DNA of 64,000 nucleotides from an uncultured Planctomycetota bacterium (GTDB lineage: Bacteria > Planctomycetota > Planctomycetia > Isosphaerales > Isosphaeraceae): the NCBI GenBank assembly GCA_963823665.1, contig CAWGMQ010000010.1, positions 2,240,001-2,304,000 on the forward strand. Reading direction: 5' to 3'. Shown here piece after piece: positions 1 through 12,000 of this stretch; position 1 is the stretch's first letter, and the number at the start of each line of letters is the position of its first letter. Under the pieces are notes generated by a model. That model did not search any database. It saw nothing but the letters and a program-made list of their open reading frames with translations, and was not told the DNA's origin. Made by a program: the position numbers and the translations under genes.

Positions 1-3000
1 GTCGCTGATGTCCCAGGTGGCGCCGCTGGCGAGATAGACCGAGTCGGTCCAGGAGCCGCTGGCGGCATTGGCTCCGACGTTCTGGACCGTCCACTGGATC
101 TGCACCGGGTCGCCCGACTGGGCCGACGACGGGATCGTGATCGTCTGGACGGTCAGATCCGCCGGCGGCGGGACGTCAAATACCAGCGGGGTCGCCGTGG
201 CCGTCGTGTTGTCGTACTTGTTACCCCCCTCGTAAACGACGCCTCTCGGGTCAGTGATGACGATGATATACCAGGGGCCGGAGAGATTGCGCGTCGCTTG
301 GAAAGTGGCTGTCACCTGATAGCTCTGGCCCGCGTTCAGCCCGCCGGTGTGGTCCTCCTCGGCGAGGAAGGTGTCGCCCGAGTCGAGCAACTGGTCGCGA
401 GACAAGAAGATCCAATCCACCCATGACGATTGCCGCGCTGGTGTACCGCCGGCGCCCGCGTTGGTGACCGTGTAGGTGACCGTGTAATTCTGCCCGGTCT
501 GTACATGATCCGGCTGGCTCGGGTCGGGTCCCACCGCGGTCACCGATGACACCTGGAGGTCGGGCGAATTGGCCAGCAGCACCGGGAGGGAGGCCGCCGT
601 GATGTTGTTCCCCTCACCCTGGTACTCGTCGACGCGCCCAAAAAACGGATCTGAGCCATCGTTATAGAGGCCAGGAACCGTGGGACTACCCGTCTCATTC
701 GAGTCCGTGAAGACCAGGATGTAGAAATTGCCGTGGATCCCATCGGGGAGCTGCACGTTCAACGACGCGTTGTACTGGGCCCCGGTCATGAGGATCGACG
801 AATGCGTGACCTGGCCGAGCATGTACGACTGGTCGTCGAGCGACGGCGAGTCCGAGAGGTAGACACGGTCGATCCAGTAGCCAACGCGCGTATCGCGGTT
901 GCCGACGTTCGTCACGGTCCAGCTCACCGGGATCACATCGCCGGAATACACCGGTGTGGAGGGCACGACCAGGTTCGTGACCTCCAGGTCCGGCTCTCGG
1001 TAGATGACCGTGAGGGTCTGCGATCCCTGGTTGTTGGTCGGGTCTTCGTAACCGTTGGTCGTGTAGTAATCGCGGCTCGTGTCGTTGTCGCGGTACCCCG
1101 TGTTCGTCGTGCCCGATGGATCGGTGATCACGTAGACATAGAAGGTCTGGGGGTCGGCCGCGGTCCCGCCGATCCCCTTCGGCAGGGCGAACGTGAGCGA
1201 CTGCGTGTAACTCTGGCCGGTCCCAAGCGTCTGGACATTGTTGTATGCGACCACGCCGGCGAGAGTGTTGCCGTTGGTATTGAAGGTCGGGTACGGCGAG
1301 ATGTACACGTCATCGACCCAGTATTGCGTGCCCGACCAGACGGTGTTGCCAAAGTTCGTGACCGTCCACTGGACGGTCGTGTTCTCGCCTGAGTAATTCG
1401 GTGACTGGGTGACGATCGACGTAACCTGGAGGTCGGCCGGCGCCAGGGGCGTGACCAGCGTCGGGCCGGTGTTGGTGTTGTTGTTCGTGTTGGGGCCTTC
1501 CCATGTCGGTGGGATCGAGTTATCACCAATGGAGCCGCCGGTGTTGGCGTCAACGATGACGTACTTACCGGCGATCTCGGGCGAGAGCTGGAACGTGGCC
1601 TGGGCGTTGTAGCTGCCGCCGACCGGCACGATGCCGTCGTGCTCGATGGTGCCGAGGGTCCACTGGTTCGCCCCGGGGGCGTTGAGTGTGGGCTGGTTCG
1701 ACAGGTAGACCCGGTCGAACAGGGTCGCACCTTCGGTAGGGCCGGTTCCCTGGTTCAGTACCGTCCAGTTCACCGTGAAGGAGTCGCCCCCCACGGCCGT
1801 CGGCTGGGCCGCGACCGAGCTGACCACAAGGTCCGGCGGAAGGGGAGCGGGGGGTGGCGGTGTGAGAAGAACGGTGATGGGTCTCGCCTTCCAGTTGTCG
1901 TTGTAGAGCTCGTTGGGGTCATCGGGATTGATGTTTGCGTCGAGCGTCGTCTTGAGCACCTGGTCGAAGGTGTCGGCCCAGGCGGTGATGTAGTACTGGC
2001 CCGAGATTCCCGAAGGGAGCGTGACCGTCGCGGTCTCGGTGTAACTCGTCGGTGGGATAAGTACGCTGGGATCGTTGCCGAGCACGCCGTTGTGCGACAG
2101 CGTCGCCAGGACCACATCCCCTTTGCTGGCGCCCGGCCGGGTGGGATCGTGCGCCAGCCAGATCGTGTCGGTCCAGCTCGGGACATCGGTGACATTCAAC
2201 CCCTTGTTGGTAACGGTATAGCTGACCGTGAACGACGTTCCGTCGAACGCCTGATCAGGGGCGGTGACCTGGCCCGTGACGAGGTCCGCGGGGGGCAAGG
2301 CGTTGACGTAGATCGGCGAGACGAAGGTGTTGTTCCCCTCGTTAGGCGTCTCGTTGACGGCGTTGCCCGAATCGGTGTACACGATCAGGTAGCCGGCGCC
2401 GGCGAAGGTGTCCGGAATGAGCAAGTCGCCGGTCATGGTCTCGTAGCTCTGGCCGGGTAGAAGCGCCGATTGGTTGGGGAAGGAACCCAGCACGATGGCA
2501 TTACTGTCGAGCGTGCCGTCGAGTGAGAGGTAAACGGTATCGGTCCAGTGCGGAGTGGTGGTGGGGACGGTCCCCTGGTTGATGACCGTGAAATCGAGCG
2601 AGACCGTTCCGCCGGCGTTAGCCTGCGAGGGGGCTGTCACCGATGAGAACCTGGAGGTCGGGGTTGGGCGGCAGCGTGAGAGTGAGCTGATTTGGGTCGA
2701 CGTACGTATCGTTGGCCGTGGCCCCGTTTTCGAAGAGACCGGTCGCCGTGGTCACGGCGAACTGGAAGACCCCTTGCACGTTCGAAGGCAGTCCCACCAG
2801 CTCGTCCCGGCTGTACGACTTGCCGGCCTGGAGGGGCAGCGTGTAGGAGAACTGGCCCAGGTTGTACACCGCCCCGCCGCCCACCTGACGCAACTGCAGC
2901 GAGTCGGTCCAGGGCGTGTTGGCATCGCCGGGTCCAAGATTCTGGACGGTCCAGGAGACGTCGACCTGGTCGCCGGCGCCGGCGGTGGTCGGGGCGACGA

Positions 3001-6000
3001 TCTGAGTCGGGGTCAGGTCCGGAGCGGGGGTCAGTGTCACGGTCAGAGGGCCCGAGACGTTGGTGTTATTGGTCGTGTAGATGAACTCGTAGGGCCCGCC
3101 AGTGTGGACGACGACATAATAGGTTCCCTGCAATGTAACCGGCAGAGTGACCTCGACGGTGTGCGTGTAGCTGCCGCCCGGGGCGAGGACGCCGATGTGC
3201 TCGAACCCACCGAGATCCACGACGATGTTGGTGCCGGCGGGGTCAGTCGCCAGGCTGACTTCGTCGCTCCAACTGCTGGTGTTGGTGACGCCGATTCCCT
3301 GGTTGGCCACGGTCCAGGAGATCTGAACCGGCTGGCCGCTGGCTCCAGTCGGAGACACGGTCACCGAGGGTACCACCAGATCGGCGTAGGGGATGGGGCT
3401 GACGTCGAACAGGTTCGGGGCCTCGGCGTAGTTATTCGCCGTGTTGCCGTTCTCGAAGACGGCGCCCGTCGAATTGGTCTCCACGAACAGGTGGTACTGG
3501 CCCTCGAAGTGCGGCGGCAGCAGGAACGTCTGGGTCTGCGAGTAGCTGGCTCCGACGGCGAGGAGGCCCTGGTGAGTGAACTGAGCGATGGTGGTGCCGT
3601 CGGTCGGGTCGTCATCCGGAGAGGCGATCACGGCATCGGTCCAGGTGGCGACTGTGCCGGGGCCGTTCCCCTGATTCGTCACCGTCCAGCCCACGGTGAC
3701 CTGCGCCGGGTCGCCGATCGTCAGGCTCGGGGCCGAGACGGCGGACGCGGCCAGGTCGGCATAGGGCGCCAGGCTCGCGGTCACGGTCTGGCTCGTGGAG
3801 TTGTTACTCTCGGCAGTGCTCGTGCCGCCGGGGCCGGCCTCGTTCCACTCGAAGACCTGGTTGTAGTAATCAGTCGTCACCGTGACCTGGATCTGGCCCG
3901 CGCCGGGCGTGCCCTGGGGTAGCGTGAAGCCGATCTGCCTGGAGATCGCCTGGCCGGCCGCGATCGGTCCGTTGCCGCTCGCGGTGGGATCATACGGGAC
4001 ATCCTGGGTCCCCAGCGGCTTGCCGGTCGTTGTGTTCTGGATGACGACGTGATCGATGAATGCACCGTTGACCGGGGCGTTCCCGGTGTTGGAATCGCTC
4101 CACTGGATCGAGAGATTGTCGCCCGACTCCAGGCCCGTAGACGGTGACACGATCAGGCTCGGGACGGTCAGGTCGGGATAGGGCGCCAGAGTCGAGGAGA
4201 CAGTCAAGCTGGAGGTATTGTTCGATTGCGCGGTGCTCGTGTCGTTGGGGCCGGCGGTGTTGTACTCGAAGACTTGGTTGTAGACGTTAGTCGTGACCGA
4301 GAACTGGATCTGGCCGACGCCCGGCGCCCCGTTCGGAAGCGTCACCATGAACTGGCGGGCGCGCGAGTCGCCAGCCGCGATTGGACCGTTGCCTGCGGCC
4401 GACGGGTCGTAGAGAAGGGTCGATGTGCCGAGGACCTCGCCGGTCGTGGAATTGGTCACGGTGATGGAGTCGTACCACGAGCCCTTGGTGGCGCCGTTGC
4501 CGGTGTTAGCGTCATCCCAGCTCAAGGTCACGTCACCTCCTGATTGGAGCCCGGCGCTGGGGGTCGCGGAGAGCATGGTGACCTGAAGGTCGGGATATGC
4601 CGCGAGGGTCGACTTGGTGGTGATGCTCGCGCTGTTGTTTCCGTACGCGGGGTTGCCGCTGCCATCGTATTCCTTGACGGTTTGACCGCTGTCGGTGGTC
4701 ACCGTGATCTGGAAATTGCCGGTTCCCGCCGGGCCGTCGGGGAGTGTGAAGGAGAACTCTTGCTGCGCGCTTGTGGCGCCGACGGCCAGGCTGGCGTTGC
4801 CGGAGACATTGCCCGACGTGATGTTCGTCAGGCTATTGTCGGGGTTCACCCTCTGCACCAGCACATAGTCATTGAAGGCGGCGCTCACCGCGGCGTCGCC
4901 CTGGTTCGTGTCGTTCCAGGTGACCGTCACCGCGCCGCTCGATTGCGGAGTCGCCGGTGTGACCGCCAGCGAGCCGGAGGCCACGACCAGGTCGGCGTAG
5001 TTCCCCAGCGTTGACGTGATCGTGATGCTCGAGCTGTTGTTGCCATACGCGGGATTGCCGTTGCTGTCGAATTCCTTCACGGTCTGCCCGCTGTCGGTGG
5101 TCACCGTGATCAGGAAGTTGCCCACTCCCGCCGCGCCGTCGGGGAGAGCGATGGTGAGTTGCTGCTGGTCGCTGGTGGCGCCGGCGGCCAAGGTGGCGTT
5201 GCCACTCACGGTTCCGGTAGCGATGGTGCTCAGGCTGTTGCCGGAATTCACTTTCTGCACCAGCACCGAGTCGTTGAAAGCGGCACTCACCGCGGCGTCG
5301 CCCTGGTTCTCGTCGTTCCAGGTGACCGTCACCGCGCCGCTCGAATACGGATTGGTGGGCGTGGCCGCCACCGAGCCGGGGGACACGACCAGGTCGGCAT
5401 AGCGCCCCAGGGTTGACGTGGTGGTGATGCTGGCGCTGTTGTTGCCGTAGGCGGGGTTGCCGTTGCTGTCATACTCCGCGACGGTCTTTCCGCTGTCGGT
5501 GGTCACAGTGATCAGGAAGTTGCCCACTCCCGCTACGCCGTCGGGAAGAGCGAGGGTGAGCTGCTGCTGGGCGCTGATGGCGCCGGCGGCCAGGGTGGCG
5601 TCACCACTAACGGTGCCGCTCGCGACGGTGGTCAGGCTGTTGCCGGAATTCACTTTCTGCAGCAGCACCGAGTCGTTGAAAGCCGCGTTGACCGCGGCGA
5701 GGCCCTGGTTCTCGTCGTTCCAGGTAACCGTCACCGCGCCGCTCGAATACGGATTGGTGGGCGTGGCCGTTACCGAGCCGGGGGCCACGATCAGGTCGGC
5801 GGAGTTCCCCAGCGTTGACGTGGTGGTGATGCTCGCGCTGTTGTTGCCGTAGGCGGGGTTGCCGTTGCTGTCGTACTCCTTGACGGTCTGCCCGCTGTCG
5901 GTGGTCACCGTGATCAGGAAGTTGCCTACCCCGGCCGGCCCCTCGGGGAGGGTGAAGTTGAACTGCTGCTGCGCGCTGGTGGCGCCGGCGGCCAGGCTGG

Positions 6001-9000
6001 CGTTGCCACTGACGGTTCCGGTAGCGATGGTGGTCAGGCTGTTCTCGGAATTCACTTTCTGCACCAGCACCGAGTCGTTGAAAGCGGCACTCACCGCGGC
6101 GTCGCCCTGGTTCTGGTCGTTCCAGGTGACTGTTACCGCGCCGCTGGATCGCGGATCGGTGGGCGCGGTCCCCAGCGAGCCGGGGGCCACGATGAGGTCG
6201 GCGTAGTCGGCCAGGGTTGAGGCGAAATTGATCGAGCTGCTGTTATTGCCTCCAGCGGTGCCGGCCGTGTTGTACTCGGCTTCGGCGTGGTTGGCGTTGA
6301 CCGTCACCGTGGCCTCGATCGTGCCCACGCCCGGGGCGCCGTCGGGCAAGGTGAACGACGTGGAGAGAGTCGCCGATGCGCTGCCGGGCTGAATGCTCGC
6401 GCCGGTGTAGGGGACATTGGCGCTATACAGGGCAGCGCCGGTGGTGGTGTTGACCACCGTGACCTGGTCGCTCCAGCCGCCGGTCGTGGCCAGGACGCCC
6501 GTGTCGGCATCTGTCCAGGTCAGTGTGACCGGATTGCCCGACTGCGGACTGGCCGGGCTGGATTGGGTCAGGTTCGTGACCGTGAGATCGCGCGTGGCTG
6601 TGAAGGTCGTGGCCGACGTGTCGTTGGCGACGGCACTCGCGTGGCCCTGGAGGTTGTCCTCGTAGATGCTCTGGTCGGAGTTGGTGGTGACTGACACGTC
6701 GAAATCACCGGCACTGTCGACCGTATAGCTCCCGGTGAACGGCTCGGTGTGCGCGGAGGTGCCTCCGTTGGCCGCCAATCCGCCGCTGAAGCTCAGGGGC
6801 GTGTTCACGACGGTCACGCCGGTGGTCACGTCCTTGACGACGAGCTGCTCGGCCCAGTTGTTGGCCACGGCGCCGTCGCCCTGGTTGACCGTGTCCCACG
6901 ACAAGGAGAAGCTGCCGGCGGCGCTCGGCCCGTTGACTGTCAAGCCCTGGACAATGAGGTCGGCGTAAGGGGCCAGGTTGACGGTAAAGGTGCCATTGCC
7001 GTTGGGGCCGCCGCTGGAGACCGTGACGGAATCACCTCGGCCGATGGTACTCTCGTCCACCTGCTCATTGGTGTCGGTTTGCACGATGATGTAGTAGTTG
7101 CCGCTGATGCCGTCGGGCAACATGACGGTTTCCGTGGCGGTGTAGCTCTGCCCCACGGCCAGGACGCCCGAGTGACCGAAGACACCGTTATTGCCGCCCA
7201 AGGGGATGTCGTCGCTGTTGCCGTAGGTGGTGTCCAGGGAAAGGACGGCCCGGTCGCTCCAGTTGTCCACGTTGGTCGCTGCCTGGCCGTCATTCGTGAC
7301 CGTCCAGCTAAAGGTGACCGGCTGCCCGCTTTCGATGTTGCTGCCGCTGGGGAGGGAGATGCTCGTGACTTCCAGGTTCGGCAATGCCGTCAGGCTGCTG
7401 GTGGGAACAATCTGCACGTTCATGACGTACTGATCGAGCAATCCGCCGTTGCCGCTGCCGCCTTGCATGAGCGCGTAATACGTACCCGTCTGCGTGATAT
7501 CGATCTGGCCGACGCTGTCGAACGGGCGCCCGTTGGTCTTGTTCTGGTAGACGTCGGAGGCGTTGTAGACCGACACCACCGGGCTGAGCACGCTCAGCGA
7601 GGTCAGTTGCGTGCTCAGCAGGATCGAGTAACCGGCCTGGACCGTCCCGAGATTGAAGTAGTTGAGATCCGACGAGTTCATGATCGTCCCGCCGACGTTC
7701 GCCACCTCGCTGTTCCCGCTGGCGGCCAGCGAGAGGGTGTCGGCAGTGGCGATCGTAGTGTTGGGCTCCTTGTCCAGTTGCAATGGCGGCGTCGCCGAGG
7801 AAACCCAGAACCGGTACTCGCCGTAGTAGCCGTTACTGATGTGGACCGAGATCGTGTAGGTCCCGGTCCCGGGCAAGTTGACTGGCGCGCTCTCGGCATT
7901 CCCATTGTAGTTGGTGTTGAAGCTGGTCAGGGTCGTCGAGCCGTTCGGTTCAGTGACCACATAATTGAGCTGGGACCCGGAAGGACTGTTCGGATTCTGA
8001 GTCGAGATGACCAGTGAATTGCCGGACGTGCCGCTGAACGTCCAGTAATCGACGTCGGAGTTATTGATGAGGGCGCCACGGCCGCCGGCCACGAATAGCC
8101 CCGTTCCCGCCGGGTCGCCGGTGAGCGTCAGTGCTGTGGGGTTTGCGGAATTGTCCGAGGAGCGGCCCTGGTTCGTGAAGGGAGTCACGCCGGCAACCGA
8201 GAACTGGAGGCTGAACGGATTCTGGGCGTTGCCCATGCGGTCGGTCAGCCCGGAGATGGTGAGCGTGTAACTTCCCGGCTGGAGCGGGCCGTCAGTGATC
8301 GAGTAATAGGCCGAGGTGCCGCTCGTGTAGCCGGGGTTCGACAGGTGGTAGACGTTGCCGTTGCTGTCTTGCAGCACGTAGTTGGCCAGGTTGTTGACAG
8401 TCGCCGCGTTCAGGTCTTCCGAGAAGCCCAGCGTCACTTGATTGATGATGCTAGTGGACATGTTGCCCTGCGCTGGCAGGCTCGGAGCTGTGATAGTAGG
8501 GCCGTTGGTGTTGGCGACGTCGATCGAGAGCACGTACTGGCCCAGGAGTCCGGTCGATTCGGGGACCACGGCCGAGATCGAGCCGCCGCTGAACTGGTAG
8601 GCCGTGTTGCTGTCGTTGCCCAGCGCACCAGACACGCCCAGGGTGATGCTGCCGCCGAATCCGGCGTTGTCGAAGTTGCCCGAGCTGTCGTAGGCTACCG
8701 TGCCGTTGCTCTCGCCCAGACGGTAATAGGCCACCGGGTTCTGGCTCAGGATCACCGAGCTGTAGCTGCCGCTGTTGCGGGCAGCGTACTGGGCCTGGAT
8801 CTGCGCGGCCGTCAATGTCCCGTCGAAGTAGGCCACCTCGTCGAGCACGCCGGTGAAGGCGTAGCCCGCCCCGACGTAGTTGCCGATGACGGTGCTGGTG
8901 GCGACCAGCGGCGCACCGACGGTTGTACCCACACGTTGGGTCAGGGTCTGCTGCACGCCGTCGATCCAGAGCTGATCGTTGGTGACGACGCCATCGACAA

Positions 9001-12000
9001 AGACCGCCGTGACCAGATGCCAACTGTTGGCCAGCCCGGCGCTGCTGATGCCGTAAACGTAGCTCTCGTTGGTGTCGAAGCCAAACGAGCCGCTGTTGAG
9101 GAACAGGTTGTAGTTGTTGCTGAAGCTGATCGGCATCTCGCTGTTGGTGCCGTTCCAGTTCATCCAGAACGAGACCGTGGTCGTGCTGGCCGAGCTGACC
9201 CGGGCGTAGTAAGTACCCCCCTGGCCGGCGGGCACGGTGTAGCTGAGCGTATTGCCCGCCGTCACGTTGTTGGTCTCGTTCGTGCCGGCGGCATTGTAGA
9301 TGTTGAGCACGCCCCCCAGCAGGCTGGTGGCCGGCTGAGACAGCGTCAGATTCAACTGGGTACCGGCCAGCACGTTGCCCAGACTGAAGAAATCGCCGCT
9401 GCCATCATTCTGGCTGATGTAGCCGGCCACCGTCGCCGTCAGGTTCCCCGGCGAGGTGTTGGTCAGCACCGGGACATTGGGACTGCTGCTGACCGAGTCG
9501 TTGTAGTGGCTCACCAGTTGCAGCGTCGGCGGCGCTTCGGTGACCCGGAAGCGATACTCGCCGGTGTAGCCGGAGTTGGGCGTGACCTCGATCAGGTAGG
9601 TGCCCGTGTACGGCAACGTGATCGGGCCCGACTGGCCCTGGCCGTTGTTGTTGCTGGAGTTGCTGGAAGTGAAGGATGTCAAGATGCTGCCGAAGGAGTT
9701 CTCGACATAGTAATTCAGGTAGGTGTTTCCGGCGTTGCCCGGCGTCTCCGACGCCACCTGCACCACGTCGCCGGCCTTCCCCGTCCAACTGAAGAAATCG
9801 ACATCCGAACTGCTGGACATATTGCCCCGGCCGTAGCCCGACTCCAGCCCGGTGGTCGCATCCACCGGCAGCGCCTTGACCATGTTGGGCACCAGAACCG
9901 TGACGCTATTGCCGTTGTAGTTGGCGGTGGCCAGTTCGGTGACGCCGTTGCCGTTGAACACCCCGGCGGTGATCCCGATGGGGTTGCCCCCCCCGACCGA
10001 GATGCTGATTGCCGGCTGCAAGGTACCGTCGCCGTTGCCCAGCAGCATCCCCACCACGTTGTTGCCGTAGCCAGCCACCGCCAGGTCCTGGTTGCCGTCG
10101 TCGTTCAAGTCGGCCGCCACCAAGTGGTAGGGACTGCTGCCGCCGGCCGCGTAGTTCACCGCCGTCGCAAACGTGCTCGCCGTGAATGCCGCCCCTGGCG
10201 TCCCCTGGTTCAAGAGCACGCTCACCGTGCTGTTGCCGTTGTTGGCTGTCGCCAGGTCAACCTTGCCATCGCTGGTGAGTTGCACGGCCACCACGTCGAT
10301 CGGGTTGGTGCTGCTGCCGGTCGCGTAAGTGATCTGGGTGCCGAACGTGCCGTTGCCGTTGCCCGGCAGGATGCTCACCGTATTGCTGCCGTAGTTGGCG
10401 GTCGCCACGTCCAGCTTGCCGTCGCCGTTGAAGTCGGCGATGACCAGGTTGCCGGGGTTCGAGCCCACGGGATAGTTGACGGCGCTGGCGAAGGTGCCAT
10501 TGCCCTGGTTCAAGAGCACGCTCACGTTGGCGCTGTTCCAGTTGGCCACCGCCAGGTCGTTGCCGTTCTTGCCGTCCAGGTCGGCAATGGCAACGCCCCG
10601 CGGGCTGGAGCCAACCGCGTAAGTGACCGGGGTCTGGAAGGTGCCGTCGCCGTTGCCGAAGAGCACACTGACGCTATTCGAGCCGTAGTTGGCCACGGCG
10701 ATATCGGCCTTGCCGTCACCGTTCAAGTCGCCGATGGCAACGGCGATCGGGTTACTGCCGACCGCGTAAGTCACCGGGGCCTGGAAGGTGCCGTTGCCGT
10801 TGCCCAAAAGCACCGAGATCGTGCCGCTGTTGTAGTTGGCCGTGACCAGGTCAAGCGGCTGGCCGGCACCGCGCAGGGCCGCCGAGGCGGTGAAGTAGGG
10901 CTGGTTGCCCGAAACCGAGTACGAATTCGGCGAGTAGGTCCCGTCCGGCTGGCTGGTGGGTGTCACCAGCGGCGTCGCCGTCCCGGGGCTGTTGTTATTA
11001 CGGCTCTCCAGGGTGTAGGGCGCGACGCCGGTTACGTTGAACGAGAGGGTGTAGGGCACCAGCAGGTTGCTGGTCCGGTCGGTCAGCCCGGAGATGGTGA
11101 GCGTGTAGCTGCCCGGCTGGAGCGGGCCGTCGCTGATCAAGTAACCGGCCGAGGTGCCGCTCGAGTAGCCCGGGCTGGTCATATGGTAGACGTTGCCCTG
11201 GCTGTCTTGCAGCAGGTAGTCGGCCATGTTGTTGACCGTTGCCGCGTTCAGATCCTCGGAGAAATTGAGCGTGAAGCGGTCGATCACCGCTGATGAAGTT
11301 GAGCCCTGTCCGGGCAGCGTGTCGCCGGTGATCTGCGGCGACGTCGTGTTGGCGACATCGATCGAGAGCACGTACTGGCCCAGCAGTCCGGTCGATTCGG
11401 GGACCACGGCCGAGATCGAGCCGCCGCTGAACTGGTAGGCCGTGTTGCTGTCGTTGCCCAGCGCACCAGACACGCCCAGGGTGATGCTGCCGCCGAATCC
11501 GGCGTTGTCGAAGTTGCCCGAGCTGTCGTAGGCTACCGTGCCGTTGCTCTCGCCCAGACGGTAATAGGCCACCGGGTTCTGGCTCAGGATCACCGAGCTG
11601 TAGCTGCCGCTGTTGCGGGCAGCGTACTGGGCCTGGATCTGCGCGGCCGTCAATGTCCCGTCGAAGTAGGCCACCTCGTCGAGCACGCCGGTGAAGGCGT
11701 AACTCCCGCCGACGTAGTTGCCGATGGCGGTGCTGGTGGCGACCAGCGGCGCACCGACGGTTGTACCCACACGTTGGGTCAGGGTCTGCTGCACGCCGTC
11801 GATCCAGAGCTGATCGTTGGTGACGACGCCATCGACAAAGACCGCCGTGACCAGATGCCAACTGTTGGCCAGCCCGGCGCTGCTGATGCCGTAAACGTAG
11901 CTCTCGTTGGTGTCGAAGCCAAACGAGCCGCTGTTGAGGAACAGGTTGTAGTTGTTGCTGAAGCTGATCGGCATCTCGCTGTTGGTGCCGTTCCAGTTCA

